DNA of 64,000 nt from Bugula neritina (taxonomy: Eukaryota > Animalia > Bryozoa). Shown piece by piece: positions 26,801-38,922 of the stretch (its first letter is position 1; each line of letters starts with the position of its first letter). Where the stretch lies: NCBI GenBank assembly GCA_964035545.1, contig OZ037765.1:35576108-35640107 (forward strand), written 5' to 3'. A program made the translations under genes and the position numbers. Below the pieces are notes generated by a model. That model was not told the origin of the DNA. It saw only the letters and a list, made by a program, of their open reading frames with translations, and did no database searches.

Positions 26801-29800
26801 TATGTTACAGTATAATATAGTATATTACAGTATAATATAGTATATTACAGTATAATATAGTATATTACAGTATAATATAGAATGTTACAGTATAATATAG
26901 TATGTTGCAGTATAATATAGTATGTTACAGTATAATATAGTATATTACAGTATAATATAGTATATTACAGTATAATATAGTATATTACAGTATAATATAG
27001 TATATTACAGTATAATATAGTATGTTACAGTATAATATAGTATATTACAGTATAATATAGTATATTACAGTATAATATAGTATATTACAGTATAATATAG
27101 TATGTTGCAGTATAATATAGTATATTACAGTATAATATAGAATGTTACAGTATATTATAGTATATTACAGTATAATATAGTATATTACAGTATAATATAG
27201 TATATTACAGTATAATATAGAATGTTACAGTATAATATAGTATGTTGCAGTATAATATAGTATATTACAGTATAATATAGTATATTACAGTATAATATAG
27301 TATATTACAGTATAATATAGTATATTACAGTATAATATAGTATGTTACAGTATAATATAGTATATTACAGTATAATATAGTATATTACAGTATAATATAG
27401 TATATTACAGTATAATATAGTATATTACAGTATAATATAGAATGTTACAGTATAATATAGTATGTTGCAGTATAATATAGTATGTTACAGTATAATATAG
27501 TATATTACAGTATAATATAGTATATTACAGTATAATATAGAATGTTACAGTATAATATAGTATGTTGCAGTATAATATAGTATGTTACAGTATATTATAG
27601 TATATTACAGTATAATATAGTATGTTACAGTATAATATAGTATGTTACAGTATATAGTAGTACATAGTGAACTAGCAGTGAGTATAAAATCCACCTGAAA
27701 ATGAAAATGCTGCCGTTGCTGCTGAGCCAGCTGCTTGGTGAGGAGTCGTTTCGTCCTTCTGAGTTCAGAAACGCCAGACACTCCTTCATCTTCACTTGAG
27801 GGGGCGGAGCCGCCATCGCTATGACTACGTGTTTCCTGTTTGGACATAGTGAACTAGAGTATGAGTCTATGAGAGAGAATACATGTATATATAGTATATA
27901 TTATATAGTGTATATTATATACTGTATATTATATACTCTCCACATACCTGAATATCGGAGGCATGGGGTAACATGCCACCAGATGTAGGTTGCTGCTCAG
28001 ACACACTTGGAGGTTCCACTATGGATCTGTACTGAGAGGTGGAGGTGTTAAAGTCTAGCATAGCCGGCTCTATTCCACAGAGATAGTCAGCAAACGTCAT
28101 GATACGAGAAGCTCTGTAGACGAGGGCAGCACCTTCAACCTGTAGTGACGAGACAGCAGACAGCGAGTTGAGTCATACATGACAGAAGAAGAGACGTGAG
28201 CGAATGGGAAGGAGAAATACCAGACCTGCGAGCAGTCGGGACCGTCACGCTTTATGAACACGTTCTCATTGGCCAGATTCATGAGGGGCAAGAACCCTCT
28301 GAGCTGCTCCTCTTCCAGGAAGGTCAGCTGAGTGTAAGGGTTGACCTGAAGAGGAGAGAGTTGAGAGACGGTGTTATCGTAGTCTGCATCCGAGTAGAAC
28401 TGGTGCTGAGACAGTCCGGGGATCTGGGAGAGAGCATTCGCCAGCTGAGCCAGAGAGAACCACGGGTCTAGCACAGGTCTGCAGTGAACAGAGAGTATGA
28501 GAAGTGCTAAGTATATAGAGTAAGAGGTAAGTATATAGAGTAAGAGGTAAGTATATAGAGTAAGAGGTAAGTATATAGAGTAAGAGGTAAGTATATAGAG
28601 TAAGAGGTAAGTATATAGAGTAAGAGGTAAGTATATAGAGTAAGAGGTAAGTATATAGAGTAAGAGGTAAGTATATAGAGTAAGAGGTAAGTATATAGAG
28701 TAAGAGGTAAGTATATAGAGTAAGAGGTAAGTATATAGAGTAAGAGGTAAGTATATAGAGTAAGAGGTAAGTATATAGAGTAAGAGGTAAGTATATAGAG
28801 TAAGAGGTAAGTATATAGAGAAGTGCTAAGTATATAGAGTAAGAGGTAAGTATATAGAGTAAGAGGTAAGTATATAGAGTAAGAGGTAAGTATATAGAGT
28901 AAGAGGTAAGTATATAGAGTAAGAGGTAAGTATATAGAGTAAGAGGTAAGTATATAGAGTAAGAGGTAAGTATATAGAGCAAGAGGTAAGTATATAGAGT
29001 AAGAGGTAAGTATATAGAGAAGTGGTAAGTATATAGAGTATGAAAACTGGTTGATATAAGGCGGATTGTGTCTCACCCAAGGAGTGGATCACGAGGACAC
29101 GGTGGGGGGTTCCACAAATGAGGGTGACAGGTCATCCAATCAGTGGCCAACTTGACTACCGGGAGAAGCAAGCTAAGATCATGTGTCAACAGCTGATTGG
29201 TGGATCCCTCCCTGAGAGGTTGGTTGACAGAAGAGAGTAGAATGGTACACCTGTTGACTATCACTGTAGTCATGTCTATGTAGAGCAGTACAGCTTGCTC
29301 CTGGGTGTATGAACGACATTGCTCTTCTGTGTCCAACCCAACGCCTTCAACTACACAGTGAACTATTACATAGTACACAGTGGCTAAGTAGTACAAGTAG
29401 CTAGCAGTACACAGTGGCTAAGTAGTACAAGTAGTTAGCAGTACACAGTGGCTAAGTAGTACAAGTAGCTAGCAGTACACAGTGGCTAAGTAGTACTAGT
29501 AGTTATTAATACTAGTAGTAAGTAGCCCTAGTAGCTAGTAGTTATTAGTACTATTATTTAGATGTGTTAGTAGTTAGTAATACTAGTACTATTAGTTAGT
29601 AGTACTAGTACTATTAGTTAGTAATACTAGTACTATTAGTTAGTAATACTAGTACTATTAGTTAGTAATACTAGTACCATTAGTTAGTAATACTAGTGCT
29701 ATTAGTTAGTAATACTAGTACTATTAGTTAGTAATACTAGTACTATTAGTTAGTAATACTAGTACTATTAGTTAGTAATACTAGTACTATTAGTTAGTAA

Positions 29801-32800
29801 TACTAGTACTATTAGTTAGTAATACTAGTACTATTAGTTAGTAATACTAGTACTATTAGTTAGTAATACTAGTACTATTAGTTAATAATACTAGTACTAT
29901 TAGTTAGTAATACTAGTACTATTAGTTAGTAATACTAGTACTAGTAGTAAAACTCACTGAAGGTGCTGCTGCTCTGTATGGAAAACATGGCTATAGCAAA
30001 CATCTGAATCAATTTATTTGTGTCAACAAACGGGATTGGTGAATGGCTGATCAAAGCATCCAATTGATGTAAAACCTGTGACGAGGCTTCAGGAAAGTGA
30101 TCCATCCTGTTTCAGAGAGAATAATTATATTCTGATATAATTGTGTGTCAAATGAGAAATCATGTGACTAATGAGAACTCGTGTGACCAACGAGACCTCA
30201 CAGAACAGTGAGTAGAATCATAATCATAAAGAATTTAACTCACCCGACTTTAGAGAATAGAAAACCCTGTGAAGCTAAGAAGCTGACCATCAATCGTTTA
30301 TACAACTGAAAACAGAGAAAACACTGGAATGTATAAGATAAGTAGTAGTAGCAGTAGTAGTAGTACTAGCAGTAGTAGCAGTAGTAGCAGTAGTAGTAGT
30401 AGTACTAGTAGTAGTAGTACTAGTAGTAGTAGTAGTAGTAGTACTAGTAGTAGTAGTAGTAGTAGTAGTAGTAGAAGTAGTACTAGTAGTAGTAGTACTA
30501 GTAGTAGTAGTAATAGTAGCAGTAGTAGTAGTAGTACTAGTAGTAGTAGTAATAGTAGAAGCAGTAGCAGCAGCAGTAGTAGTAGTAGTAGTAGTAATAG
30601 TAGTAGTAGTATTAGTAGTACTACTAGTAGTACTACTAGTAGTACTAGTAGTACTACTAGCACTACTATTAGTACTGGTAGTAGTACTACCTCATTACAG
30701 GACATTTTCCGAGGATTATCAACATCCAGTAGGTCATCGACATGATCCGTGGTGCTGGAACCATCAATAGGGGAAATCCACAGCTCCACCCTTTTGTGGT
30801 AGTCATCTTCCCTTCCTCTTGTAAAAGCGGACTGTTTTTTAATGTAAGCCTGTCTCCGCCTCTCAGTCTCGGCCCTCAACTCTTTGTACTAAGGTCATGT
30901 ATGAGATGCACATGCAGATATGTTAACGACATAGAAAGGGCTTGTGCTTAGCTAGGTAGTGTGTTGTCCATTGATACAGGTAGTAATACAGGTAGATAGT
31001 AATACAGGTAGATAGTTATACAGGTAGACAGTTATACAGGTAGTTACAGAGGTAAGTATACAGGTGGGTACCTTCTTGATAATATCATTGTAAATAGCTC
31101 TCAGACTCTCTCTGGCAGAGAGGAAGGCATTGCTCGCTGAAATACTTCTCATGAAGTAGAAGACGGTGTCCAGCTTTCGTTTCTATAGAAAATACACACT
31201 TACAGAGTATATATACTAGTGAGAAGTACACACTTACAGAGTATATACACTAGTGAGAAGTAAGTACACACTTACAGAGTATATATACTAGTGAGAAGTA
31301 AGTACACACTTACAGAGTATATATACTAGTGAGAAGTACACACTTACAGAGTATATACACTAGTGAGAAGTAAGTACACACTTACAGAGTATATATACTA
31401 GTGAGAAGTAAGTACATACTTACAGAGTATATACTAGAGAGAAGTAAGTACATACTTACAGAGTATATACACTAGAGAGAAGTAAGTACACACTTACAGA
31501 GTATATATACTAGTGAGAAGTAAGTACATACTTACAGAGTATATACTAGAGAGAAGTACACACTTACAGAGTATATACACTAGTGAGAAGTAAGTACACA
31601 CTTACAGAGTATATATACTAGTGAGAAGTAAGTACATACTTACAGAGTATATATACTAGTGAGAAGTAAGTACATACTTACAGAGTATATACTAGAGAGA
31701 AGTAAATACACACTTACAGAGTATATATACTAGTGAGAAGTAAGTACATACTTACAGAGTATATATACTAGTGAGAAGTAAATACATACTTACAGAGTAT
31801 ATATAATAGTGAGAAGTAAGTACATACTTACAGAGTATATATACTAGTGATAAGTAAATACATACTTACAGAGTATATATTATACTAGTGAGAAGTAAAT
31901 ACATACTTACAGAGTATATACTAGTGAGAAGTAAGTACATTTTTACAGAGTACTAGTGAGAAGTAAGTACATACTTACAGAGTAGAGTGCAACTAGTGCC
32001 AACTGATTATATGGTTTCCCATTCTTTGGTGCCACATGAGAAGCTTGAAGATAGAATCTGAAAAACACAACCAGTGTCCGATGTGGTGGATATATATTTA
32101 TAATATCGAACGCTGTGTAATATATTGTCTACATAGATATGATAGAGTGTATTATGATAGAGTGTATCTCGTACTTGCGGGCCTTGCCGTAGTCTGGCGA
32201 GACTGACACAGATGAAGTCATCTGGGTTCTGTAGCGCGCCACGTCTCCCAGACAGATGAGACACCTCTGAGCCAGAACAAGAGCCAACTTCTGGTGTCTG
32301 GAGCTGACGTGTGGTCGGTGAGGCAGAGAGAAGGAGGAGATGTCAAGGTCATGTTGTCTCTCTAGAGAGGTGAGTAAACCAGAGTAAGTGTGATCAGCCT
32401 CATCAAGGATAGCAGAGACGTGGGCGTGCAGTCTGTCCGCTGACTCCGAGTCAGCTGCTGACAACTGAGAGCGAATACCCTCGAGGAGCTGATGGTAGAC
32501 AGACTTCCAGAGAAGAATGTCTACACTATGCTGTACGCTGTACTCTAAGTCGAGGGGCAGAATACCCAGAATCTTGTCTCTCACCATCAGCCTCTGCCTC
32601 TCTATATGTCCCAGGGTCTCCTGTGTGTACTGCCTAGCAGATATGATAGCGGAGAGCTGACGTTCAAAGGGCAGTAACTCCTCAATTCTAGAAGCTACTT
32701 TAGAAAGTTTGGATGGGGGAGGCATAGCATTGGGAGGAAGCGGGTAATCACATCTGTGGTAGCACTTCTCAGGTGGTAAATAAGGAGCTTGCTGTACACT

Positions 32801-34787
32801 GTGTCCATATAGAGAAAAGGATTGAGATGTCCCAGGGAGAGAGTAGGCTGGAAATACAACCTTGAGTTGCTGACCATCTGTGAGTGAGGGTGGGTATACA
32901 TAGTCCCCGTCTCCCAAGTACCTTCCCAAAAACATGCACTGAATTGAGTCACAGTACAGCTAATAGATGAGTCATAGTACAGCTAATAGATGAGTCATAG
33001 TACAGCTAATAGAAGAGTCATAGTATAGTTAATAGATGAGTCATAGTGCAGCTAATAGATGAATCATAGTACAGCTAATAGATGAGTCATAGTATAGCTA
33101 ATAGATGAGTCATAGTACAGCTAATAGATGAGTCATAGTATAGCTAATAGATGAGTCATAGTACAGCTAATAGATGAGTCATAGCACAGCAAATAGACGA
33201 GTCATACTACAGCTAATAGATGAGTCATAGTACAGCTAATAGACGAGTCATAGTACAGCTAATAGATGAGTCATAGTACAGCCAATAGACAAGTGAGAGA
33301 CAGACCTAGCTCTAAAAGATACATATTTATATAAACCTTTGCTGACTAGCAGAGTGCTGGACATCAGATGACACTTTGTTGGCCTTAGAGAGAATGCGAG
33401 AAGGTCGTGTTGAGTCATGGTCTTCAGAATAAGGATCATAAAGCTTTCTATTGACGTCAGAATCTCCTTGTCGCTGCTCCTTTCTGGGAGATCTACTCAC
33501 TTTCAATCTCCCTTTAGAGCTTTCTAACTTTTCTCCCCTAGTGTCTGTGGCCAACTTTGCTACCCTGTCCTCGAGTTCTGATAACTCACTTCTCGAAATT
33601 GGTGGGTTGGGCTGTCTTACAACGCCCCCTGCCTCTGACTTGACAAGTGAAGAGAGTCGGGCACTAGGTGATTGCAGAGATTTGTCAGAGTACTCAGAGA
33701 AAGAGAGCTGGTCGTTGGTCACTGAAGTTCACCAAGGTGATAGCATTTAGAAAAGCACATTCATGATGGAGTCAATTCCTTACACCTACATTGACAGTGT
33801 TTGATACTTACCTAACACAGCAGACATATCAGAATTAGAGGATGGATCTCTCTTGCTAGCAGCAGCTGGCACTCTCCTAATAACCTTCCCTCTCTCTTTC
33901 CTCCGCGTCGACCTACCTTTGACATGACCAGAGATATGTTCTACTTCACTATTGGCAACACATTCACTGTTCTGATTGTCTTTTACTACATTTAGAGTGG
34001 GTGTATTGTCAGCACATCCTTGTTTATGCACCATGTTTTGGGTGTCGTCCCTACTTTCTAACCTCATTGAACAGCCAGTGTGTTCTTTTGATTTCATTTC
34101 AGCCTGTTCAATAGCTATTCCATTTTTTCCACTTTTTGGGACATACCTGGGCTGTTCTGGACGTTTTTTGCGAACTTTACCAGATTTATCAGCAGAGGAT
34201 GCTTTGCCATCACTTGAATGGCCTGACATCTTCTCTAGTTGCTTATTGTTGGTTGTGGAGTCACTTCTTTCATCAATGCTCAAGTGTTTTCTATTGTCTG
34301 TTGCAGCCTTGTCTTGCTTACTACCTTGTTGCTTGCAGCTTTGTTGCCTATTGGCAGTTTCTGTTTGCTCATTGCCAACTATATTTTCTGATTGCTTGGC
34401 GTTAGAAGCAGACAATTTTCTAGAAGGTTTCGCAGAATAAAGAACTACATCAGGACGTCTCCACCTTCTTGCTGAAGACTTATCTGTATAGCAAAGCATA
34501 TACTTTAAACTTCCACATAACAAACTGATCTACAGAATAACAAGTTTTTGGCTACTTGGAGCAAGCATGGAATGAGAGATGTCAAGTTAAATTTCAGAAG
34601 AAAATAACTAGACACACCAGCTTATAACAGTGGACTTACATTTGAGAACAAAAGCATCAGTGTGTATAGTAGTAAAAGACTATTTACCAATCTGTTGACC
34701 ACCAGTGGCAGAGCAGGGAAGGGACGCCACTGACGGGGACTCCTCTAATTGATGCATGGATATGCGCACTTCTGGAACACTTGACAT
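20885..34787 (-). CDS. SMG6: SMG6/EST1A NMD endonuclease and telomerase-associated protein; exons 34787-34688, 34483-33812, 33721-33337, 32921-32175, 32057-31979, 31182-31072, 30888-30691, 30305-30244, 30106-29958, 29350-29077, 28478-28226, 28139-27948, ~27853-27695, 25137-24984, 22234-22002, 21376-21295, 21021-20885
   Basis: N-terminal VRIS and EJC-binding-like motifs RRPDVVLY and KKRPEQPRYVP. Est1/14-3-3-like domain: LLWKSVYHQ, QRCLICLGDVARY, APKNGKPYNQLA, FYFMRS. PIN domain: EIRPIFVIPDTNCFI, VPLVVINELDGLARG, NNDDRILSCCLHYC, VVLLTDDRNLRLKA. Confidence 0.95.
21018..21272 (-). repeat. 21-bp repeat containing the 3' splice site (tatgtattctgcag|ataac) x12 in the last SMG6 intron
   Basis: Twelve CTGCAGAT copies spaced 21 bp apart; read-through gives (YMYSADN)n. 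Confidence 0.95.
21535..21992. repeat. Intronic polypurine (gagagggtagagtagagagagtagagaaagggta)-type array
   Basis: Direct inspection. Confidence 0.9.
22243..24982. repeat. Intronic 22-bp satellite (tactaaatactagtaatattga)n, 2.7 kb
   Basis: Direct inspection. Confidence 0.97.
25172..27655. repeat. Intronic 20-bp satellite (tataatatagtat[a/g]ttacag)n, 2.5 kb
   Basis: Direct inspection; exact 20-bp register throughout. Confidence 0.97.
28505..29040. repeat. Intronic 20-bp repeat (taagaggtaagtatatagag)n, about 25 copies
   Basis: Direct inspection. Confidence 0.97.
29370..30690. repeat. SMG6 intronic arrays: 34-bp (29370-29500), 22-bp tactattagttagtaatactag (29580-29945) and (AGT)n (30340-30690)
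   Basis: Direct inspection. Confidence 0.9.
31192..31985 (-). repeat. About 34-38-bp repeat containing the SMG6 exon 5 donor (tactct|gtaagt...)
   Basis: Plus-strand unit acttacagagtatatatactagtgagaagtaagtac; the last copy overlaps the exon end at 31979. Confidence 0.95.
32943..33285. repeat. Intronic 23-bp repeat (gatgagtcatagtacagctaata)n
   Basis: Direct inspection. Confidence 0.95.
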
Positions 34788-36415
34788 TGTATTGAGATTT
34801 CACTAGGAAAAACTGAAAACAATAAATATAAACCACTGACATGAAAATAAGCAAGTTATTGTCAAAGTCAAGTCAATCAATGATTTGAGTAACTTCAGTT
34901 AATTTGAATAGAACAGCAAGTGTTTAATTGGACCAATGTATTATCGGCAACACAATCGTTAGATAAAGTGGTGGTTGTGCGAACAATACATGAAACATAC
35001 CCATATACACATGAATATATATAATTATATAATATATTATATATATTAGTAATACTAGTACTAATACTAATTGCCAATACCAATACAAATACTAATTGCC
35101 AATTGGACAGAATTATTATGATTATATATTATTTATTTATACCACTATAACTCTATAGCTATAAGTAAAAGTATTAGTATGTCAATGTGACTATGACTAT
35201 TACTATCACTATGAGTATGAGAAAATCAAAATGAAAAACAGGAAGAGTACAAGTACAACTACAACTGACGCTGTACAAGCACAACTAGTACTAACTACAT
35301 AAACACTCTAACACTAACAGTAACTTTATACTTTCGACGTATAAGCTATATTTAATATTTATATTATACTTTAGTCATAGTCGCTTCACATTCATAGTCA
35401 CACTCATAGTCAATGTCATACTCATAGTGATAGTGTAACTCATTCTGATTCTCAAACTGAAACTGTAAGTCAGTTAGTCACTAATTCAAATTGTATTACA
35501 TTTACTGATTTAGTGAATTTACTGATTTAGTTTACTTAGTATTTGTTCATGTTGATTTGGAAACAACCTAAATGAGTCCAACATTTACCGTTATGATTAT
35601 AAAAATTCAGACATACTGACTTACATGACTTTGTGGACTTAGATCAAAGTAAAATTAATACGCTTAACATTAATTTTAAATCATAATCACAATCATAATG
35701 AGAATCAGTTCAGAATTATTTCAATTTATAGCCTTCACCTTCCAACTTTAGCACATCAAGTCGATGCCTTTTTGCAATTTCCGTAGCTTGTGGTTCCCAA
35801 CTTTGAAAGCTTAGAAACCCACAACTACAAACTTGAGAACCGCAAGCTACTAGACTTGGAGCTATTCCAAAATACGAAATTCTCAAACTTGTAGTTGGGC
35901 GCCTTACTACAAACCTGAGAATCTCGAACTAATGTTACCCTTCATCCCCAACTCAAGGCTGCTTATAGATCATTTCTTAACACAGCGAATTTTCCTATTG
36001 GCTAGCGGTGACTCAAGTTGAAGTGGAGATGATGTCATGGTTAACTTTTCCTGTTCAATGGGTTAACGTAAACGTATAATAATAATGGTAATATTAAAAT
36101 AATAGTAAAATACAAGTTTCATAACAGTTAACATCATCTTCATTTTCTGTTCTTTCACAGGTAAGTTTATTTTTAGTGAAGCTGAAGCTGCCAACGTCTA
36201 CTCACTCTCAGTAAATGAGTAATTTACTCAGTTGGAGTTATACTTATACTTATAGCTCTATTAGTATTAGTATTAGTATTAGTATTAGTATTACATTTAC
36301 TATTAGTATTACTATTAGTATTAGTAATAGTAAATACTAATAGTAATACTAATAGTAATAGTATTACTATTACTATTAGTATTATTATCATTATACAATT
36401 ATACTGACTAGTTAA

Positions 36416-36670
36416 AGTGATACTGAGTAGTAATACTGAGTAGTGATACTGAGTAGTGATACTGAGTAGAGATACTGAGTAGTGATACTGAGTAGTGATA
36501 GTGAGTAGTGATACTGAGTAGTGATACTGAGTAGTGATACTGTGTACTGAGTAGTAATACTGAGTAGTGATACTGAGTAGTGATACTGAGTAGTGACACT
36601 GAGTAGTGATACTGAGTAGTTATACTGTGTAGTGATACTGTATACTGAGTAGTGATACTGAGTAGTGAGT
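36416..36670. repeat. 13-bp repeat (tactgagtagtga)n in the probable 5'UTR intron of SNAP29
   Basis: Lies between donor CAG|GTAAGT (36161) and acceptor TTGTTAG (36725). Confidence 0.85.
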
Positions 36671-36733
36671 AGTGTCTAGTGAGATACTGGGTAGTTAGTA
36701 ATGCCATATTAATATGATTTGTTAGCTAGTGGC

Positions 36734-37904
36734 ATGTCTAGAAACTACAAACAATTAGCTGACTCGAGTAATCCGTTCTACTGTGACGACGATGATGACA
36801 ACGAGGAGGAATATTCTGGAAGTAAAATCCAGCAGATAAAAGAGAGAATCAGCAGATCAGAGAATGAGCAAATAGACAGTCTCTCTCGAATACAGAAGGT
36901 TATTGCCGAGTCTGAAGATATTGGAAACAACACTCTAGAGGTCAGTGGGCTGCTTACGTGATATATATACTCTAGAGGTCAGTGGGCTGTTTACATGATA
37001 TATATACTATAAACTCTAGAGGTCAGTGGGCTGCTTACATGATATATATACTATAAACTCTAGAGGTCAGTGGGCTGCTTACATGATATATATATATACT
37101 ATAAACTCTAGAGGTCAGTGGGCTGCTTACATGATATATATACTATAAACTCTAGAGGTCAGTGGGCTGCTTACATGATATATATACTCTAGAGGTTAGT
37201 GGGCTGCTTACATGATATATATACTATATACTCTAGAGGTCAGTGTTGTATTGACAGGAACTCCATCATCAAGGAGAGCAGCTGGATAACGCAGAAGCTA
37301 AGCTCGACTCCATTGAAGCCATGACTAAAGTCACTCAAACTCATATCACTAGTATACGAAGTGTATTCGGTGCTTTTAAAAATAAACTTTTTGGTCGTAA
37401 AACTGAGTCAACTGTTATGTCAGACATTCAACATAACCGGCTGCGGGACTCGGCTGACAGCCCAGCGAGTGGTGCTGGCAGCACGTCTCACCATAGTAGT
37501 AACGAGGATAAGAAATATGGGGGACTCCGTGATGAGATGAGAGTCAGCAGCAGGAGTACTACCAGACAGGATGTTATAGAGGAGCAGCTCGGTGAGTGTT
37601 CTCCCCAGGTGCTTCTCTCCCCAGGTGCTTCTCTCCCCAGGTGCTTTAAGTGTGTGTACTATTTTTTATGTATATGGGTGTTCTCCCCAGGTGCTCTAAG
37701 TGTGTGCACTACTTTTCATGTATATGGGTGTTCTCCCCAGGTGACCTGAGTGTTGGACTTAAAAGACTTCAGGAGATGGGGCTGAGTATGAATGATGAAC
37801 TGAACAGACAAGATGCAACTATAGACCGTCTCACCACCAAAACTGAAAGAAACCACCTTGTTCTTCAAGACCAGAATTCTCAGATGAGGAAGTTGCTCAA
37901 GTGA
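36734..37904 (+). CDS. SNAP29: Synaptosomal-associated protein 29 (Qbc SNARE); exons 36734-36940, 37258-37591, 37741-37904
   Basis: N-terminal NPF plus acidic stretch. SNARE1 ESEDIGNNTLEELHHQGEQLDNAE...SIRSVFG, SNARE2 LKRLQEMGLSMNDELNRQDATIDRL...MRKLLK*. No palmitoylation Cys cluster. Confidence 0.9.
36932..37245 (+). repeat. Repeat built on the SNAP29 exon 1 donor (ctctagag|gtcagtgggctgcttac...) x8
   Basis: Eight CTCTAGAGGTYAGT copies; the first is the true junction. Confidence 0.95.
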
Positions 37905-38335
37905 CCGTGTGTCAAGTGACACACAGTGTCAAGTGACACACAGTGTCAAGTGACCCAGTCACTATGTGTCATTGTGTAAGAAATATACAGTCATGTTTAG
38001 CAGAACATTTCCTTTTTGTTGGTAGTAACTTCAGTTGGTGTTTGATATACAATAATACTTAATATTTATTATTATTGGGACACGGATCACTCTGAGATTA
38101 TTATTTTTATTTTAATTATGATTATTTTACAGTTTGAAGGAAAATAAACTTATATACAGAGTTAGAAAGAGTTGGGATTACACATAATTGCTGAACTCTC
38201 TGAAACCCATCGCATATTATAATCACATAATATAAACATGTCATTATACAATGTAGGAACATTAGGCTATGCATGTAGGAACATTAGGCTATGCATGTAG
38301 GAACAGTCTAACTGTTAGTTTCAATTAGTAGAGAA

Positions 38336-38922
38336 TCACTGTGTTGATTCATTGGATTTACTCTTTGATTTACTCTGTGACTGAACAACTTTGAATGACT
38401 TTGATTCAACATGAGTGGCTTTAGTTGACAACTCGCTTTCTAGCTGATCCTTAAGGGCTTTGGTGAACGTCTACAAAATGACATAAGGATGGTAATAGTG
38501 AGATAGTAACAGTGAGATAGTAGTAGTAAGATAGTAATAATGGCATAGTAAGAGTGAGATATAGTAAGAGTGAGATAGTAACAGTGAGATAGTAACAGTG
38601 ATATAGTAAGAGTAAGATAGCTTTTGTAATGTACCTTCTGCATCTTATGTGCCTCCAAGAGTTTTCCTTTCTTTGGAGCTATAGCTCTAGCTGGAAAGAT
38701 ATTAGCATTATTAAATTATCAAACCTTCTGTATAATATAGATATTACCACAGTATTACATATATATAATTATATGTCCCATAATAATATAATTGTGCCGA
38801 TCACAGACCAGCCTTCTACCATATATCCCACTACCTCCTTTTTTAACATTTCCTTTTGACTTTGTTGCTTTATTCTTTTTTACTGTTAGTGGCTTTTTCT
38901 TCTTCACAATACCTTGAGGCAT
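38336..38922 (-). CDS. C19orf53: Leydig cell tumor 10 kDa protein homolog (UPF0390); exons 38922-38835, 38690-38635, 38470-38336
   Basis: MPQGIVKKKKP...KKG|ARAIAPKKGKLLEAHKMQK|TFTKALKDQLESELSTKA. The MxQG start and G.R.IAPKK motif are typical of the family. Confidence 0.8.
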
